IMG/VR virus record: IMGVR_UViG_3300049982_000230
Span: 1-42,718 of that record
Strand: one strand, 5' to 3'
Length of the DNA stretch: 42,718 nucleotides
From: a virus
Lineage: Duplodnaviria; Caudoviricetes
In this document: one piece after another, positions 7,935 through 17,349 of the stretch
Layout of the letters: every line of letters begins with the position of its first letter
Numbering within the stretch: the stretch's first letter is position 1
The notes under the pieces: generated by a model
Databases searched by the model: none
Seen by the model: only the letters and a program-made list of their open reading frames with translations
What the model was told of the DNA's origin: nothing
Made by a program: the position numbers and the translations under genes

Positions 7935-7937
7935 CGG

Positions 7938-8723
7938 CTACTTGACGCGGATGAGCCGGTTGACGGCGACCACCGGATGGACGGTGTTATGGCTGGCGTC
8001 GGCGGGGCGCGCGTTGAGCGGGTGGCCGTGGTTCTGGGAACCCTCCACGTCGTATTGGGTGGTCGCTGTGTTGAGGTTGCCCGTCGGGCCGCTGCCACCC
8101 ACATCGACCTGCACGCTGGCGTTCTGAAACCAGCGGCGGTACTTCAGCTGGGCCCACGCGATCGGGTTGCCCGTCGTGCCGGAGCCGTTGACGCCGGACT
8201 CGGCGGCGGTGAGCGTGTGGCGTTCCTCGCCGAGGACGTTGCCCAGCGATGCCTGGACGCGGGTGTTGCCCGTCTGATTCGGGCCGCCCATATTCGACGG
8301 TGCGATCGTGCCGCGGCCGCGGTGGTCGGGGAGCGTGATGTTCGTCGAGGTCCCGCCGATGATGTCCGAGTAGGTGGTGCTCACCGAGGTGCGCGCGATT
8401 GAGCGACCATCGGCTAGGAGCAGGAAGCCGCCGGGCGGGTCGGAGGTCCGGAGCGTCTCGACGAATTCGCCGATGCCGACGCTGCCGGCGAGCTGCCAGT
8501 TCGCGCCGTCGGCGACGACCTCGTAGCCGAGATCGGTGACGAGGTAGCGCTGGCCGGCCCTGGTCGCCGCGGGTCGGTCGGCCCACAGGCCGGCCGACCA
8601 CGGCGTGAGCTTGGAATCGACGTCGGCGCCGAGGGCGGCGAAGCCGGCGTCGATGTCGGAGATGACGTTGCTGCCGCGCAGCATGCGCAGGAGCCAGTTG
8701 GTGGTGGTGTCGTAGGTGGCCAT
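7938..8723 (-). CDS. Tail fibre protein with tail-collar domain
   Basis: PGGFLLLADG..LPDHRGR..GEERHTLT..HNTVHP..NRLIRVK collar-type motifs. Confidence 0.8.
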   Translation of the reverse strand: MATYDTTTNWLLRMLRGSNVISDIDAGFAALGADVDSKLTPWSAGLWADRPAATRAGQRYLVTDLGYEVVADGANWQLAGSVGIGEFVETLRTSDPPGGFLLLADGRSIARTSVSTTYSDIIGGTSTNITLPDHRGRGTIAPSNMGGPNQTGNTRVQASLGNVLGEERHTLTAAESGVNGSGTTGNPIAWAQLKYRRWFQNASVQVDVGGSGPTGNLNTATTQYDVEGSQNHGHPLNARPADASHNTVHPVVAVNRLIRVK

Positions 8724-8733
8724 GCGCGCCCTC

Positions 8734-9354
8734 CTAGGTGATGTCGGTCAGAGTGGCGTCGTCGATCGTCGCCGTCGTGACGTTGTCGATGATCTTGCTG
8801 CCCTGATTGATGATCGGTTCGTCGGTGATGACGTGGTGGATCGTGAGGTCGACGGGCACGACGCGCTCCCAGGCAAGCTCGAGCGCGGTGGTGTCGGCCG
8901 GCGTCTCGCTCGTCCGGGTGATGATCGTCAGGTCGTCCGGCGCGTCGGCGGCGGGCGAGCCGGGGTCGCTGCGCTCGATCAGCGAGGCGTAGGGCGATGG
9001 CCCGCTGAGGTGGCGCTTGGTCTCCTCGATGATCGCGTCGTTCGTGCCTCGGCGACGGTCGAAGGGGCTGCTGATCTCCGCGCGGCGCTGCGCGTCGGTC
9101 ATCGACGGCAGCGGCCGCGCGCCGGTGGCGTTGGCCAGCAGCGGAAGCCATTCGGGCGGGGCGACGTCGGGGGCGAGGTAGGCGGCGGCGCCGGGGTACT
9201 CGGCCAGCGCCCACACCTCCTCGTCGCCGCGCACGAGCGCCGAGATCAGCGTCAGCGTGTAGAAGCCGTCGGACTTGTCGCGGCGAGCGAGGGGCTGCAG
9301 CAGCGCGTAGCCGCGGGCGGCGGCGGTGCCGTCGTCGAGGGTGACGAGGGTCAT
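8734..9354 (-). CDS. Baseplate wedge protein, P2 gpI-like
   Basis: YLAPDVAPPEWLPLLA...RRRGT..AI motif; downstream of baseplate J. Confidence 0.8.
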   Translation of the reverse strand: MTLVTLDDGTAAARGYALLQPLARRDKSDGFYTLTLISALVRGDEEVWALAEYPGAAAYLAPDVAPPEWLPLLANATGARPLPSMTDAQRRAEISSPFDRRRGTNDAIIEETKRHLSGPSPYASLIERSDPGSPAADAPDDLTIITRTSETPADTTALELAWERVVPVDLTIHHVITDEPIINQGSKIIDNVTTATIDDATLTDIT

Positions 9355-10511
9355 GGCGCCTCGGTGACGGTGATCGTGCCGGCCTGCGGCAGCTCGCGGG
9401 GCGTGCTGAGCGTCACGTGGTCGCTGGAGCCGTCGCCGATCTGCAGCGTCTTGATGTACGAGACGCCGTCGACCTGGGCTGCCTCGGCGATCAGCGCGTT
9501 CTTGTGGATGGTGCGCTCGGGCTGGAAGTTCGCGGGCGTGCCGTCGCCGGCCTGCGGACGCATCCAGCCACCGGGCGCGAGGACGGCCTGAAGGGCGGCC
9601 TGAACGCCGGCGAGCACGGTCGGCTTGTCGTGCTCGGGGTCGATGACGACGGTCGCGGTGACCGCGACGGTGACGTAGGACGGGCTGACGACGAAGACGT
9701 TCCAGTTGGTCTCGCGACGCACGACGAGGTCCGCGCGGATCGTCTCCAGGACCGGGTCGAGGAGGGTGCCGCCGACGGCCGTGGCGACGACGGCGGTGAC
9801 GGTGCGCGCCTGGTCGCTGAGGCCGGTGTCCGCGTCGTAGCCCTTGATCGCCCACGCCCACCCGACGGCCGGGTTGCGCCGCACGTAGATCGCGACGTTC
9901 TCGGCGGTGACGGGCGTCGGCGAGAGGATGCGCATCTCGTCGCGGAGACGCAGGTCGTAGGCCTCGATCGTCTCCGGGTCGGTACCGCCTGACAGTGGCG
10001 CGTCGAGCGCGACGCCGCCCTCGGCCAGCCAGTCCAGCGAGTCGAGCTCGACGTCGCCGGCGAGATCGTTGAAGTCGGCGCCGAACTCGATCGTCTGCAC
10101 CGCCACGCTGCCGGTGCTGGTGCCGGCGGCGATGTCGAGGTCCTCGATGGTCTCGAGCTCGGCGTCGCCGAGGAACACGGTCGCGCCGGCGTCGAGCTGG
10201 TGGCCGGCCGTGTCGATGGCGGTGAGCGTGATGGTGCTGCCCGCCGGGGTGCCGAGGCCGCGCGGGACGCCGAAGATCGAGCCGAGCAGCTCGCGGATCT
10301 CGTTTGCGAGGCGGTCATTGAGCGCGGCGCGGGACTCGGCGGAGACCTGCGCCGAGGAGGCCAGCATGTTCGTGTCGGGCGCGCCGGGCACAGGCCGCCA
10401 TGCGGGCATCAGGGTGCGCATCTCGGCGGTCTGCTGGTCGCGGATGTCCGCGGGCAACGCGCTGAGAGGGACGGCGAAGACGTCGCCGCTGGAGGTGATC
10501 GGGTCGGCCAT
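9351..10511 (-). CDS. Baseplate J-like protein
   Basis: GGTDPETIEAYDLR, PVTAEN, VDGVSY motifs; size and position. Confidence 0.9.
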   Translation of the reverse strand: MADPITSSGDVFAVPLSALPADIRDQQTAEMRTLMPAWRPVPGAPDTNMLASSAQVSAESRAALNDRLANEIRELLGSIFGVPRGLGTPAGSTITLTAIDTAGHQLDAGATVFLGDAELETIEDLDIAAGTSTGSVAVQTIEFGADFNDLAGDVELDSLDWLAEGGVALDAPLSGGTDPETIEAYDLRLRDEMRILSPTPVTAENVAIYVRRNPAVGWAWAIKGYDADTGLSDQARTVTAVVATAVGGTLLDPVLETIRADLVVRRETNWNVFVVSPSYVTVAVTATVVIDPEHDKPTVLAGVQAALQAVLAPGGWMRPQAGDGTPANFQPERTIHKNALIAEAAQVDGVSYIKTLQIGDGSSDHVTLSTPRELPQAGTITVTEAP

Positions 10512-10840
10512 CAGGTTGTGATCCGCAGTCGAATGGAACGGGGCTGGTCGTCGGCCTCGACGACGGTCACGGCGATGTGGACGGGGCGCTGCTCCTGGTC
10601 GTTGAGGGCGGCCTCGATGAGCGCGGCGGCCTCCTCGGCGTCGCGGCGGCCGAGTGGGCTGGGGATGCCGAGTCCGCGCGCCACGGGCAGGGTGCCGAGG
10701 CGGATGCCCGCGATCAGGTGGGCGCTCTGGCGGATCTCGGCGTCGGAGTCCTGCTCAACGGCTGCCAGCGTCTGGGAGCCGTCGGGCAGCGTGATCGCCG
10801 CCGGCGGCCACGCGAGGTGAAGTGCGGGGGCATCGGCCAT
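10511..10840 (-). CDS. Baseplate wedge / sheath initiator, gp25/gpW-like
   Basis: VEQDSDAEIRQS..GTLP...LGIP..IEAALNDQE; upstream of J. Confidence 0.7.
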   Translation of the reverse strand: MADAPALHLAWPPAAITLPDGSQTLAAVEQDSDAEIRQSAHLIAGIRLGTLPVARGLGIPSPLGRRDAEEAAALIEAALNDQEQRPVHIAVTVVEADDQPRSIRLRITT

Positions 10841-10843
10841 CGG

Positions 10844-11098
10844 TCACGCCTCCTTCGGTCGCCAGTTGGCGACCCACAGGCCGCCGTCGCTGTCCTCGTA
10901 GAACGTGCACGGGTCGTCGCGCTGCGGCTCGCGGCCGTCGCTGCGCTGCGGCCAGCCGTAGCAGGGCCCGTGCTGAAACTCGCCGTCGTCGAGGGCCTCG
11001 CAGAGCACCATCACGCTCTCGTCGGCCGCCGGCGCGGTGGCGATCGTCGCGGCGAACATCAACGGCTCGAGCGCCTGGGTCAGGCGGCGGCGGTTCAT
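10844..11098 (-). CDS. Short baseplate spike-position protein (OB-fold-sized)
   Basis: 84 aa between hub and gp25-like gene; PQRDDPCTFY..GLWVANW. Confidence 0.55.
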   Translation of the reverse strand: MNRRRLTQALEPLMFAATIATAPAADESVMVLCEALDDGEFQHGPCYGWPQRSDGREPQRDDPCTFYEDSDGGLWVANWRPKEA

Positions 11099-13056
11099 GC
11101 GGGCCGCGCTCCGACGTGGACGTGGTCGTGATGGTCGGGCGCCTTCCAGATCACCTGGATGCGGAGGCCGGCGTGGACGATCGTGAAGAGCCCGCCGGCC
11201 TGCGCGGACCGGACGGCCTTGGCCTGCGGCCAGCCGGCCGCCATGAGCGCCGCGGTGGCGATCGCGTCGCCGACCGGCCCGTCGTTCGTGCCGCGGTTCA
11301 GGACCATCCCGAGATCCACCGCATGGCCCGTCGAGTGGTCGGAGATCAGCCCCGATGACGCGTACTTCTTGTGGTTGGTGCCGCAGGAGACGATGAGCGG
11401 CTTGCCGTAGATCCCGGCGACGAGCTCGACGTACCTGGTCGTCTCGAAGGTGACCGGCTGGCCCGGCTTGTTGACCCCGTCCGGGAACTCGACGTGGCCG
11501 CGCTTGCCGTCGTTGAGGAGGGCGTCGAGCTCCGCGCTCTTGGTCTTCTTGGCGGGCTTCCTGGTGGCCTTCTTCGGGACCTCGGTGACCGGCTGGGTGA
11601 GCGTGACCGAGAGCGTCGGCTGGCTCGCGGTGGCCGTCACGGTCTCGACGAGCCACGGGCCGTTCGCCACCCCGGCCTCGGCGACCTCGGCCACGCCGCC
11701 GGGCGGCGTGATCCAGGCGTCGCGGAGCACCGTGAGGTCGATCGTCTGCACGCCCGCGGCCATGTTGTCGTCGATCGCGATGCGCTCGGTCAGGGCCGCG
11801 TCGGTCGGTGTGATCGTCTGGTGCGGCGTGGCGAGGATGAGGTCCTGGTCGCGAGCGACGACGAGCCGGTTGCCGCAGGTGAAGCGGCGACGGCCGAGCT
11901 GCTGCGAGTAGCGGTCGAGCATCGCCCAGGAGGACTCCGCTTTCGTCGCGGTCCCGCGACGCCACTCGGCCGGCCGCGCCGCCTTGGCCTTCTTGGAGTC
12001 GTGGGCCGCTCCGGTCACCGTGTGCCAGAGCGCCAGCGTCTTGCCCGACCACTGCTCGATGATCTGCACGCCCTCGGCGTGGTGCTCGTCGTAGCGTCTG
12101 GGGTAGGCGGAACCTTGGACCTGCTGTGCGATCCAGCCGGCGGTCTGCGTGGGGTTCTCGCGGGCGATCTTGATCGCGCCGCCCTTGCCCCAGAAGCCGA
12201 CGTTCAGGAAGACCCGGCCGCAGGCCGCGGGATCGCGGTTGTCGATGTCGATGCCGCGTCGCCGCATGGCCGCCACGGTCGCCCCGCGGACCTGGAGGAT
12301 GCCTGCGCTGTCGGCGTCGCCGCCGGCGGGGTTGTCGAACGGACCCGAGCCCTTGTAGCCGGCGGGCTCGACGATGCAGGCGAGGACGAGCGCGAGCGCT
12401 GCCCGCGCAGACGCCTTCTCCTCGACGGCCGTCTGCAACTCAATGTTGATGTTCTTGAGCTGCTCGGTGGTGGCCGGGTGCCCGCCGAGGGTGACGTTCT
12501 TGGACGAGTCCTGCGAGAAGCCGTAGTCGCCGACGCTGCCGCCGTCGATGTCGGTCGTCGGCAGCGTCTCGCCGGGTCGCGGCGCCACGACCGTGAGGTC
12601 GAACCCGGTCGCGGCGCTGGCCTCGCGGGCGAGCAGGTTGACCAGGGCCTCGATGCCGAGGCTGTGGGACTTGCGCAGCGCGCCGGTCTGGCCCTTGAGT
12701 GCGGCGGCGCCGAGGTCCCAGAACTTCAGCGCGGTGGTGGTGCCGTCGAGGCTGAAGCCGCCGATGCGGTTGGGGCGGTACATCCGCCAGCGCCGGAAGC
12801 CGACGAAGCGCTCCCCCAGATCCAGTTCGACGCGGTCGCCGAGCAGCTCGTGGGCTCGGAGGATCGACAGGTCGGGGTCGATGATCGGCAGCGAGAGCAC
12901 GGACGCGCCGTCCATGGTCAGCTCGACGCTGACGTCGCCGAGCGCCCGGCGCAGCTTGGTCGTGGTCGCGACGCCGTTGAGCGTGGAGAGCGCGCCCATG
13001 TCGCTGAGGTCGAGCTTGGGCAGCACCGGCAGCAGCCGGCGGGTCTTGGTGGCCAT
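11095..13056 (-). CDS. Baseplate hub with inserted lysozyme-like domain and C-terminal Zn-peptidase-like domain
   Basis: Hub-like beta segments; IVE..GDADSAGILQ..AQQVQGSAYPRRY; SDHSTGHAVD...HHDHVHVG. Confidence 0.75.
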   Translation of the reverse strand: MATKTRRLLPVLPKLDLSDMGALSTLNGVATTTKLRRALGDVSVELTMDGASVLSLPIIDPDLSILRAHELLGDRVELDLGERFVGFRRWRMYRPNRIGGFSLDGTTTALKFWDLGAAALKGQTGALRKSHSLGIEALVNLLAREASAATGFDLTVVAPRPGETLPTTDIDGGSVGDYGFSQDSSKNVTLGGHPATTEQLKNINIELQTAVEEKASARAALALVLACIVEPAGYKGSGPFDNPAGGDADSAGILQVRGATVAAMRRRGIDIDNRDPAACGRVFLNVGFWGKGGAIKIARENPTQTAGWIAQQVQGSAYPRRYDEHHAEGVQIIEQWSGKTLALWHTVTGAAHDSKKAKAARPAEWRRGTATKAESSWAMLDRYSQQLGRRRFTCGNRLVVARDQDLILATPHQTITPTDAALTERIAIDDNMAAGVQTIDLTVLRDAWITPPGGVAEVAEAGVANGPWLVETVTATASQPTLSVTLTQPVTEVPKKATRKPAKKTKSAELDALLNDGKRGHVEFPDGVNKPGQPVTFETTRYVELVAGIYGKPLIVSCGTNHKKYASSGLISDHSTGHAVDLGMVLNRGTNDGPVGDAIATAALMAAGWPQAKAVRSAQAGGLFTIVHAGLRIQVIWKAPDHHDHVHVGARPA

Positions 13057-13796
13057 CAGGTCGCCGAGACCTGCGACGGGATCCAGATGCGCTTGCCCTC
13101 CGGGAGGTTGGCGAAGCTCTTGATCGTCGGGTTGGCGGCCCGGATCGAGTTGAAGCGCGCCGCGTCGCCGAGGTAGTGCTCGGCGAGATCGTGCAGCGTG
13201 TCGGTCTTCTTCCAGTGGTGCTCGCGTCGCTTGGTCAGTGCGGTCGCCTTCGGGTTGACCGCGGTGGTGTCGCTCGGTGCCGAGTAGGCCATCAGGTCGA
13301 CGGTGGCCTTGGCCCGGCAGCACTGGCCGGAGAACGAGAGGGTCTCGAGCTCCTCGATCGCGAGGTCGTCGACGACCCACCGCACCCCGGGATACGGCAC
13401 CTTGCCGATCGCCATGAGCGACGGCGGGGTCTTGAGCTGGTCCTTGACCGTGAGCGCGCGGAGCCCGTCGAGGTCCTCCTCGACGGACTTCTGCTCGAAC
13501 AGCTTGTCGACGAGCAGCGTGAGGCGGATCTTGCGGACCTTGTACCCATTCCAATGCAGCACGGGGTCGGCGAACGGCCGCTCGATCGGCTCCCAGCCGC
13601 CGGTGCGCTCGTTGAGCACCTGCGGCAGCTCGAAGTGGCGCAGGACGAGGGTCAGGTTCGCCTTCTCGGCCCACAGGATCACGCGGCCGCGGATCCACTC
13701 CGGCGCCGCCAGGCGGCCCTTCTTCGGGGCCTGGCCCTGCGGCCCGGAGCTGATCGCCTTCGGCGGCGGCGGGTCGACCTGGCGCTTGACGGCCAT
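13056..13796 (-). CDS. Tail tube initiator with C-terminal LysM
   Basis: DTLHDLAEHYLGDAARFNSIRAANP...GKRIWIP; follows tape measure. Confidence 0.8.
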   Translation of the reverse strand: MAVKRQVDPPPPKAISSGPQGQAPKKGRLAAPEWIRGRVILWAEKANLTLVLRHFELPQVLNERTGGWEPIERPFADPVLHWNGYKVRKIRLTLLVDKLFEQKSVEEDLDGLRALTVKDQLKTPPSLMAIGKVPYPGVRWVVDDLAIEELETLSFSGQCCRAKATVDLMAYSAPSDTTAVNPKATALTKRREHHWKKTDTLHDLAEHYLGDAARFNSIRAANPTIKSFANLPEGKRIWIPSQVSAT

Positions 13797-16051
13797 CAGG
13801 TGTTGCGGCCGTCATCGTCGAGGTGCACGCGATCGACCACGCGGGCGAGCTCGCGCTCGGCCACCTTCAGGACGATGACGTTCTCCATGACACGGCCCGT
13901 CGGCGCCGCGGTCCCGGCGGCCACCGCTGCAGCGGCGCGCGCGGGCACGATCGGGGTGTGCCGCACGGTCGCGACGACCGCCGACTGCGCGGCCGACATG
14001 ACGTGCGAGCCGCGCGGGAGATTCAGCAGCTCCGGGCCGCGCTCGCCGACCCACACCGCCCCGGGCCTCATCACGGTGCCGCCGCTGGCCAGGCCGTCGG
14101 CGTTGATCTTCGGGATCCCGAACTCCTTGCCGCCGACCCCGGGGACCCAGCCGGGGATCTTGAAGTGCAGGCGCCCGGCGGTGTTGTTCCACACGGTCGC
14201 GAAGCCGCGCACGATCGCGCGCAGGCCGAGCATCAGGCCGTCCTTGAGGTGGCCGCCGAGGCTCTTGCCGACCGAGACCATCTTGCCGCCCAGCGACCGC
14301 AGTCCCTGGATCAGCGTCGCCCCGACGCGCCAGCCGATGCGCGCGACGTTCGAGACGAGCTCGCCGAGCTTGCCCGTGACGGCGGCTACGGCGCGGGCGG
14401 CCTCGATGTGGACCTTCAGCCAGAACCGGGCGACGGCCACGCCGAAGCGCACGAACGGGGCGAGCAGCCGACCGACGAGACCGGCCAGGCGGCCGAGGAA
14501 GCCGCCGACGGCCTTGATGGCAGGCACCATCGCCTTCAGCTCGCTCTTGAACCACACCCCGACTTTGCCGACGACGCCGAGTGCGCCGTCGAGCTTGGCC
14601 AGCATCTCGATGCCCTTGAGGAAGACCGGGCCCGCGAAGACGAAGCCCAGGACCTTGCCGATGCCCTCGATGACGCCGCGCAGCGGGCGGGCCTTCTGTC
14701 CGAGCCAGCCGAGCGCGACCGCGATGATCTTGATGAACGGCAGCAGTGACTTGATCGCGCCGAGGACGCCCTCGCCGATGCCCTTGGCCAGCGGCCACAG
14801 GACGTTGGTGACGAGCGGGGCGGCGGGCTTGATCGCGTCGAGCAGCTGCGCGCCGAACTGCACGAGCTGCGGGATGACGGTGGCGATGACCGAGGCGATG
14901 CCGCGCACGCCGCTGGCGAGGAAGCTGCCGATGCTGGCGATGTCGACGCTCTTGAGCGCGGGCCCGACACGGGCGATCGCTCCGGCGATGATCTGGATGA
15001 CCGCCGCGACGGCGGGCAGCACGGCGCGGCCGAGCTGCACGAACGTGGCGAGGATCGTGCCGACGATGAGCCCGAGCGGCTTCAGGCTCCGCATGAACGT
15101 CTGCCCGAACTCGCTGATCCCGGGGCCCAGGACGCCCTTCAGCGGCGCGGCCGCGGCGGAGAAGAACGTGCCGACCGCGCCGGCGAACGCGCGCAGGGTC
15201 GACACGGCGCCGCGGTAGCGGTCGGGGGTGAACCACTGCGCGACGTCGGCCATCAGGCCGCTGATCGCGCGCAGGGCGCCGATCGCCAGCGGCAGGCCGA
15301 TGGTCGCGAGGCTGACGAACAGCCGGATCGCGTTGCCGGCGAGGCCGCCCAGGGCGGTGACGGCCTGCGGGAGTTGGGCGAGCATGGAGCGCAGTTGCGG
15401 GCCCATGCCGGCGAGCTCGCGGCCGAGGGTCCGGAACATCGTGGCGGTGGCGGTGGCCATGGCGCCCAGCGGCGGGCCGAGGCTGCGCACGAGCGGCAGC
15501 AGCGAGCGGAGCCCGTCGGCGATGCCGCGCATGACCCGGTCGGCGCCGGTCGCCGCGACCTGGATGAAGGTCTGCTTGAGCGCGCCGGCGGCGCCGACGA
15601 GGTCATAGGCCGCCGATCCGACGATCGACTTCATCTGCTGGAAGCGGCCGATGACGCCCGCGGCCATGAGCCCGGCGCCGGCGAGCACGCCGCCCATGCC
15701 GGCGATGAGCGCGACGGACCAGACCAGCGCCGCTGCGCTGACCTGGCCGAACGCGACGACGAGCGCGGGCAGGGCGATGGCGGCCAGGCCGAGCGCGGCG
15801 AGCTTCAGGCCGACCATCGTTGCCGTCATGCCGGTGGTGGCGATGCTGGCCAGCGCCTCGGCCCGTGCGAGGCCCGCGAGCTGGCGCTGCAGCCGGCCGA
15901 ACGCGGCCGCGGCGACGACCGCCTCTTCGCCGGACTGGCGGGTCTGGTCGCCCAGGTGGTCCATGCCGTCTGCGACGCCATGCGCCTCCGCGGCAGCCTT
16001 GAGGCCGCCGCGGATCTGGATGATGATCGCTGCGGTTTCGCGTCGTCCCAC
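13796..16051 (-). CDS. Tape measure protein
   Basis: 751 aa Ala/Gly/Leu-rich amphipathic; C-terminal LASGG..VGERGPEL; GGAGGTGA SD. Confidence 0.9.
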   Translation of the reverse strand: MGRRETAAIIIQIRGGLKAAAEAHGVADGMDHLGDQTRQSGEEAVVAAAAFGRLQRQLAGLARAEALASIATTGMTATMVGLKLAALGLAAIALPALVVAFGQVSAAALVWSVALIAGMGGVLAGAGLMAAGVIGRFQQMKSIVGSAAYDLVGAAGALKQTFIQVAATGADRVMRGIADGLRSLLPLVRSLGPPLGAMATATATMFRTLGRELAGMGPQLRSMLAQLPQAVTALGGLAGNAIRLFVSLATIGLPLAIGALRAISGLMADVAQWFTPDRYRGAVSTLRAFAGAVGTFFSAAAAPLKGVLGPGISEFGQTFMRSLKPLGLIVGTILATFVQLGRAVLPAVAAVIQIIAGAIARVGPALKSVDIASIGSFLASGVRGIASVIATVIPQLVQFGAQLLDAIKPAAPLVTNVLWPLAKGIGEGVLGAIKSLLPFIKIIAVALGWLGQKARPLRGVIEGIGKVLGFVFAGPVFLKGIEMLAKLDGALGVVGKVGVWFKSELKAMVPAIKAVGGFLGRLAGLVGRLLAPFVRFGVAVARFWLKVHIEAARAVAAVTGKLGELVSNVARIGWRVGATLIQGLRSLGGKMVSVGKSLGGHLKDGLMLGLRAIVRGFATVWNNTAGRLHFKIPGWVPGVGGKEFGIPKINADGLASGGTVMRPGAVWVGERGPELLNLPRGSHVMSAAQSAVVATVRHTPIVPARAAAAVAAGTAAPTGRVMENVIVLKVAERELARVVDRVHLDDDGRNT

Positions 16052-16084
16052 GCGATCACCTCCCTAGGGGTCAGGCGGTTCCGT

Positions 16085-16276
16085 TCAGCCGGAGAGCTTG
16101 TGCGCCATCTCGCTGGCGAGGTAGTCGAGCTCGCCGCGACGCATCTCGGTCGCGCGCTTCAGGCCGTGCTCGATGAGGCCACGCTCGACGCGCCCGGCGA
16201 CGAGGTAGTGGTGGGGGTCGATACCCCGCAGGAGCAGGGCGGCCGTCTGTTCGACGGCCGCCGCCCCTAGTTTCCC
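16085..16276 (-). CDS. -1 frameshift extension of the tail assembly chaperone (gpGT-like)
   Basis: Slippery G-GGA-AAC at 16270-16276 just before TAG; the -1 frame is open with good codon bias to TGA at 16085. Confidence 0.8.
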   Translation of the reverse strand, partial: GKLGAAAVEQTAALLLRGIDPHHYLVAGRVERGLIEHGLKRATEMRRGELDYLASEMAHKLSG

Positions 16277-16908
16277 TGGAGCGCCGCCTCCAGCGCCTCA
16301 CCCGAGAGGCCGGAGGAGAACATCTCCACGATCTGCGCGGTGCCGCGCAGCGGGGAGTAGTTATTGTCCTGGCCCCAGCGGTGGAGCCGCATGGCGACGT
16401 CGACCGAGGACGCGTCGGGCTCAAGGTCGTCGAGCTTGAACAGCGGCACCAGCCGCCGGTCGTAGCGCAACGGCCCGTCGATCCCCTCGACGCCCTGCTC
16501 CTGCAGCGCGGTGTGCAGCTCGACGAGCTCGCCGTCGTCGTTGCGCCAGAGCAGCATCGTGCAGGCGCGGGCGAGCAGGATCGCCGAGCGCTGGTTGGAG
16601 CCCTCGATGTCGACGTCGTCCTGGCCGGTGCGCTTGCGGAGCTGCTCGCGCCTCTTGGCGAGCTTGTTGATGTCCTCGATCTCGTCGTCGCCGAGCGCCC
16701 GGTAGCGGGCGTACAGGCGTCGGACCTTGCCGACGGGCAGATCCTTGATCCGCCCCTGGTCATCGGCTGCGTCGTCGACCTCGACGTGGACCTGGTCGAG
16801 GATGGACCCGGGCCGCGCCGGGCCCGGCACCACGGCGACCGGTTCCGCAGGCGGCTCGTCGGCGCCGGGCGCCTGGTCGTCGTCGATCACGATGTCGTCG
16901 TCGATCAC
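16267..16908 (-). CDS. Tail assembly chaperone (gpG-like)
   Basis: Between tube and tape measure; ends in the slippery site. Confidence 0.8.
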   Translation of the reverse strand: MIDDDIVIDDDQAPGADEPPAEPVAVVPGPARPGSILDQVHVEVDDAADDQGRIKDLPVGKVRRLYARYRALGDDEIEDINKLAKRREQLRKRTGQDDVDIEGSNQRSAILLARACTMLLWRNDDGELVELHTALQEQGVEGIDGPLRYDRRLVPLFKLDDLEPDASSVDVAMRLHRWGQDNNYSPLRGTAQIVEMFSSGLSGEALEAALQGN

Positions 16909-17336
16909 GGCCGGAGCTCCAGCGTGACGGTGATCTGCGAGCCGTCGCCGCCGCCGGCCTCGCCCTCCGGGAGCTTGATCTCCGTGAGCGTGCCGATCGC
17001 CGTATCGATCGGCGTCGCCGTCTCCGGGACGCCGAAGTCGTCGAGCATCCAGATCGGCAGCTTGACCTCGGTCCGGCCGCGGCGCGGCTTGAGCGCCTTG
17101 TAGACCGCGGGGTCGCGGCTGCGCTTGAACGGGCGGGTCAGCGTCACCGACTCGGCGGTCTGCTTGCCGCCGATCGGGACGGTGCCGTCCTCGGGGTCGG
17201 TGACGGTGGTGTTGTCGGAGCCGAATGTCAGCTCGCTGCGGTTCCAGTACCCGTAGCTCTCGTCCACGCCCGTGATCGGGTTGGGGACGAGCAGCTCGGC
17301 GCGCCAGTTCTTCTGGCCGAGGATCTCGAAAGGCAC
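16905..17336 (-). CDS. Tail tube protein
   Basis: 143 aa, follows sheath; GGKQTAESVTLTRPF. Confidence 0.8.
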   Translation of the reverse strand: MPFEILGQKNWRAELLVPNPITGVDESYGYWNRSELTFGSDNTTVTDPEDGTVPIGGKQTAESVTLTRPFKRSRDPAVYKALKPRRGRTEVKLPIWMLDDFGVPETATPIDTAIGTLTEIKLPEGEAGGGDGSQITVTLELRP

Positions 17337-17349
17337 GGTCCTGGTCCTC

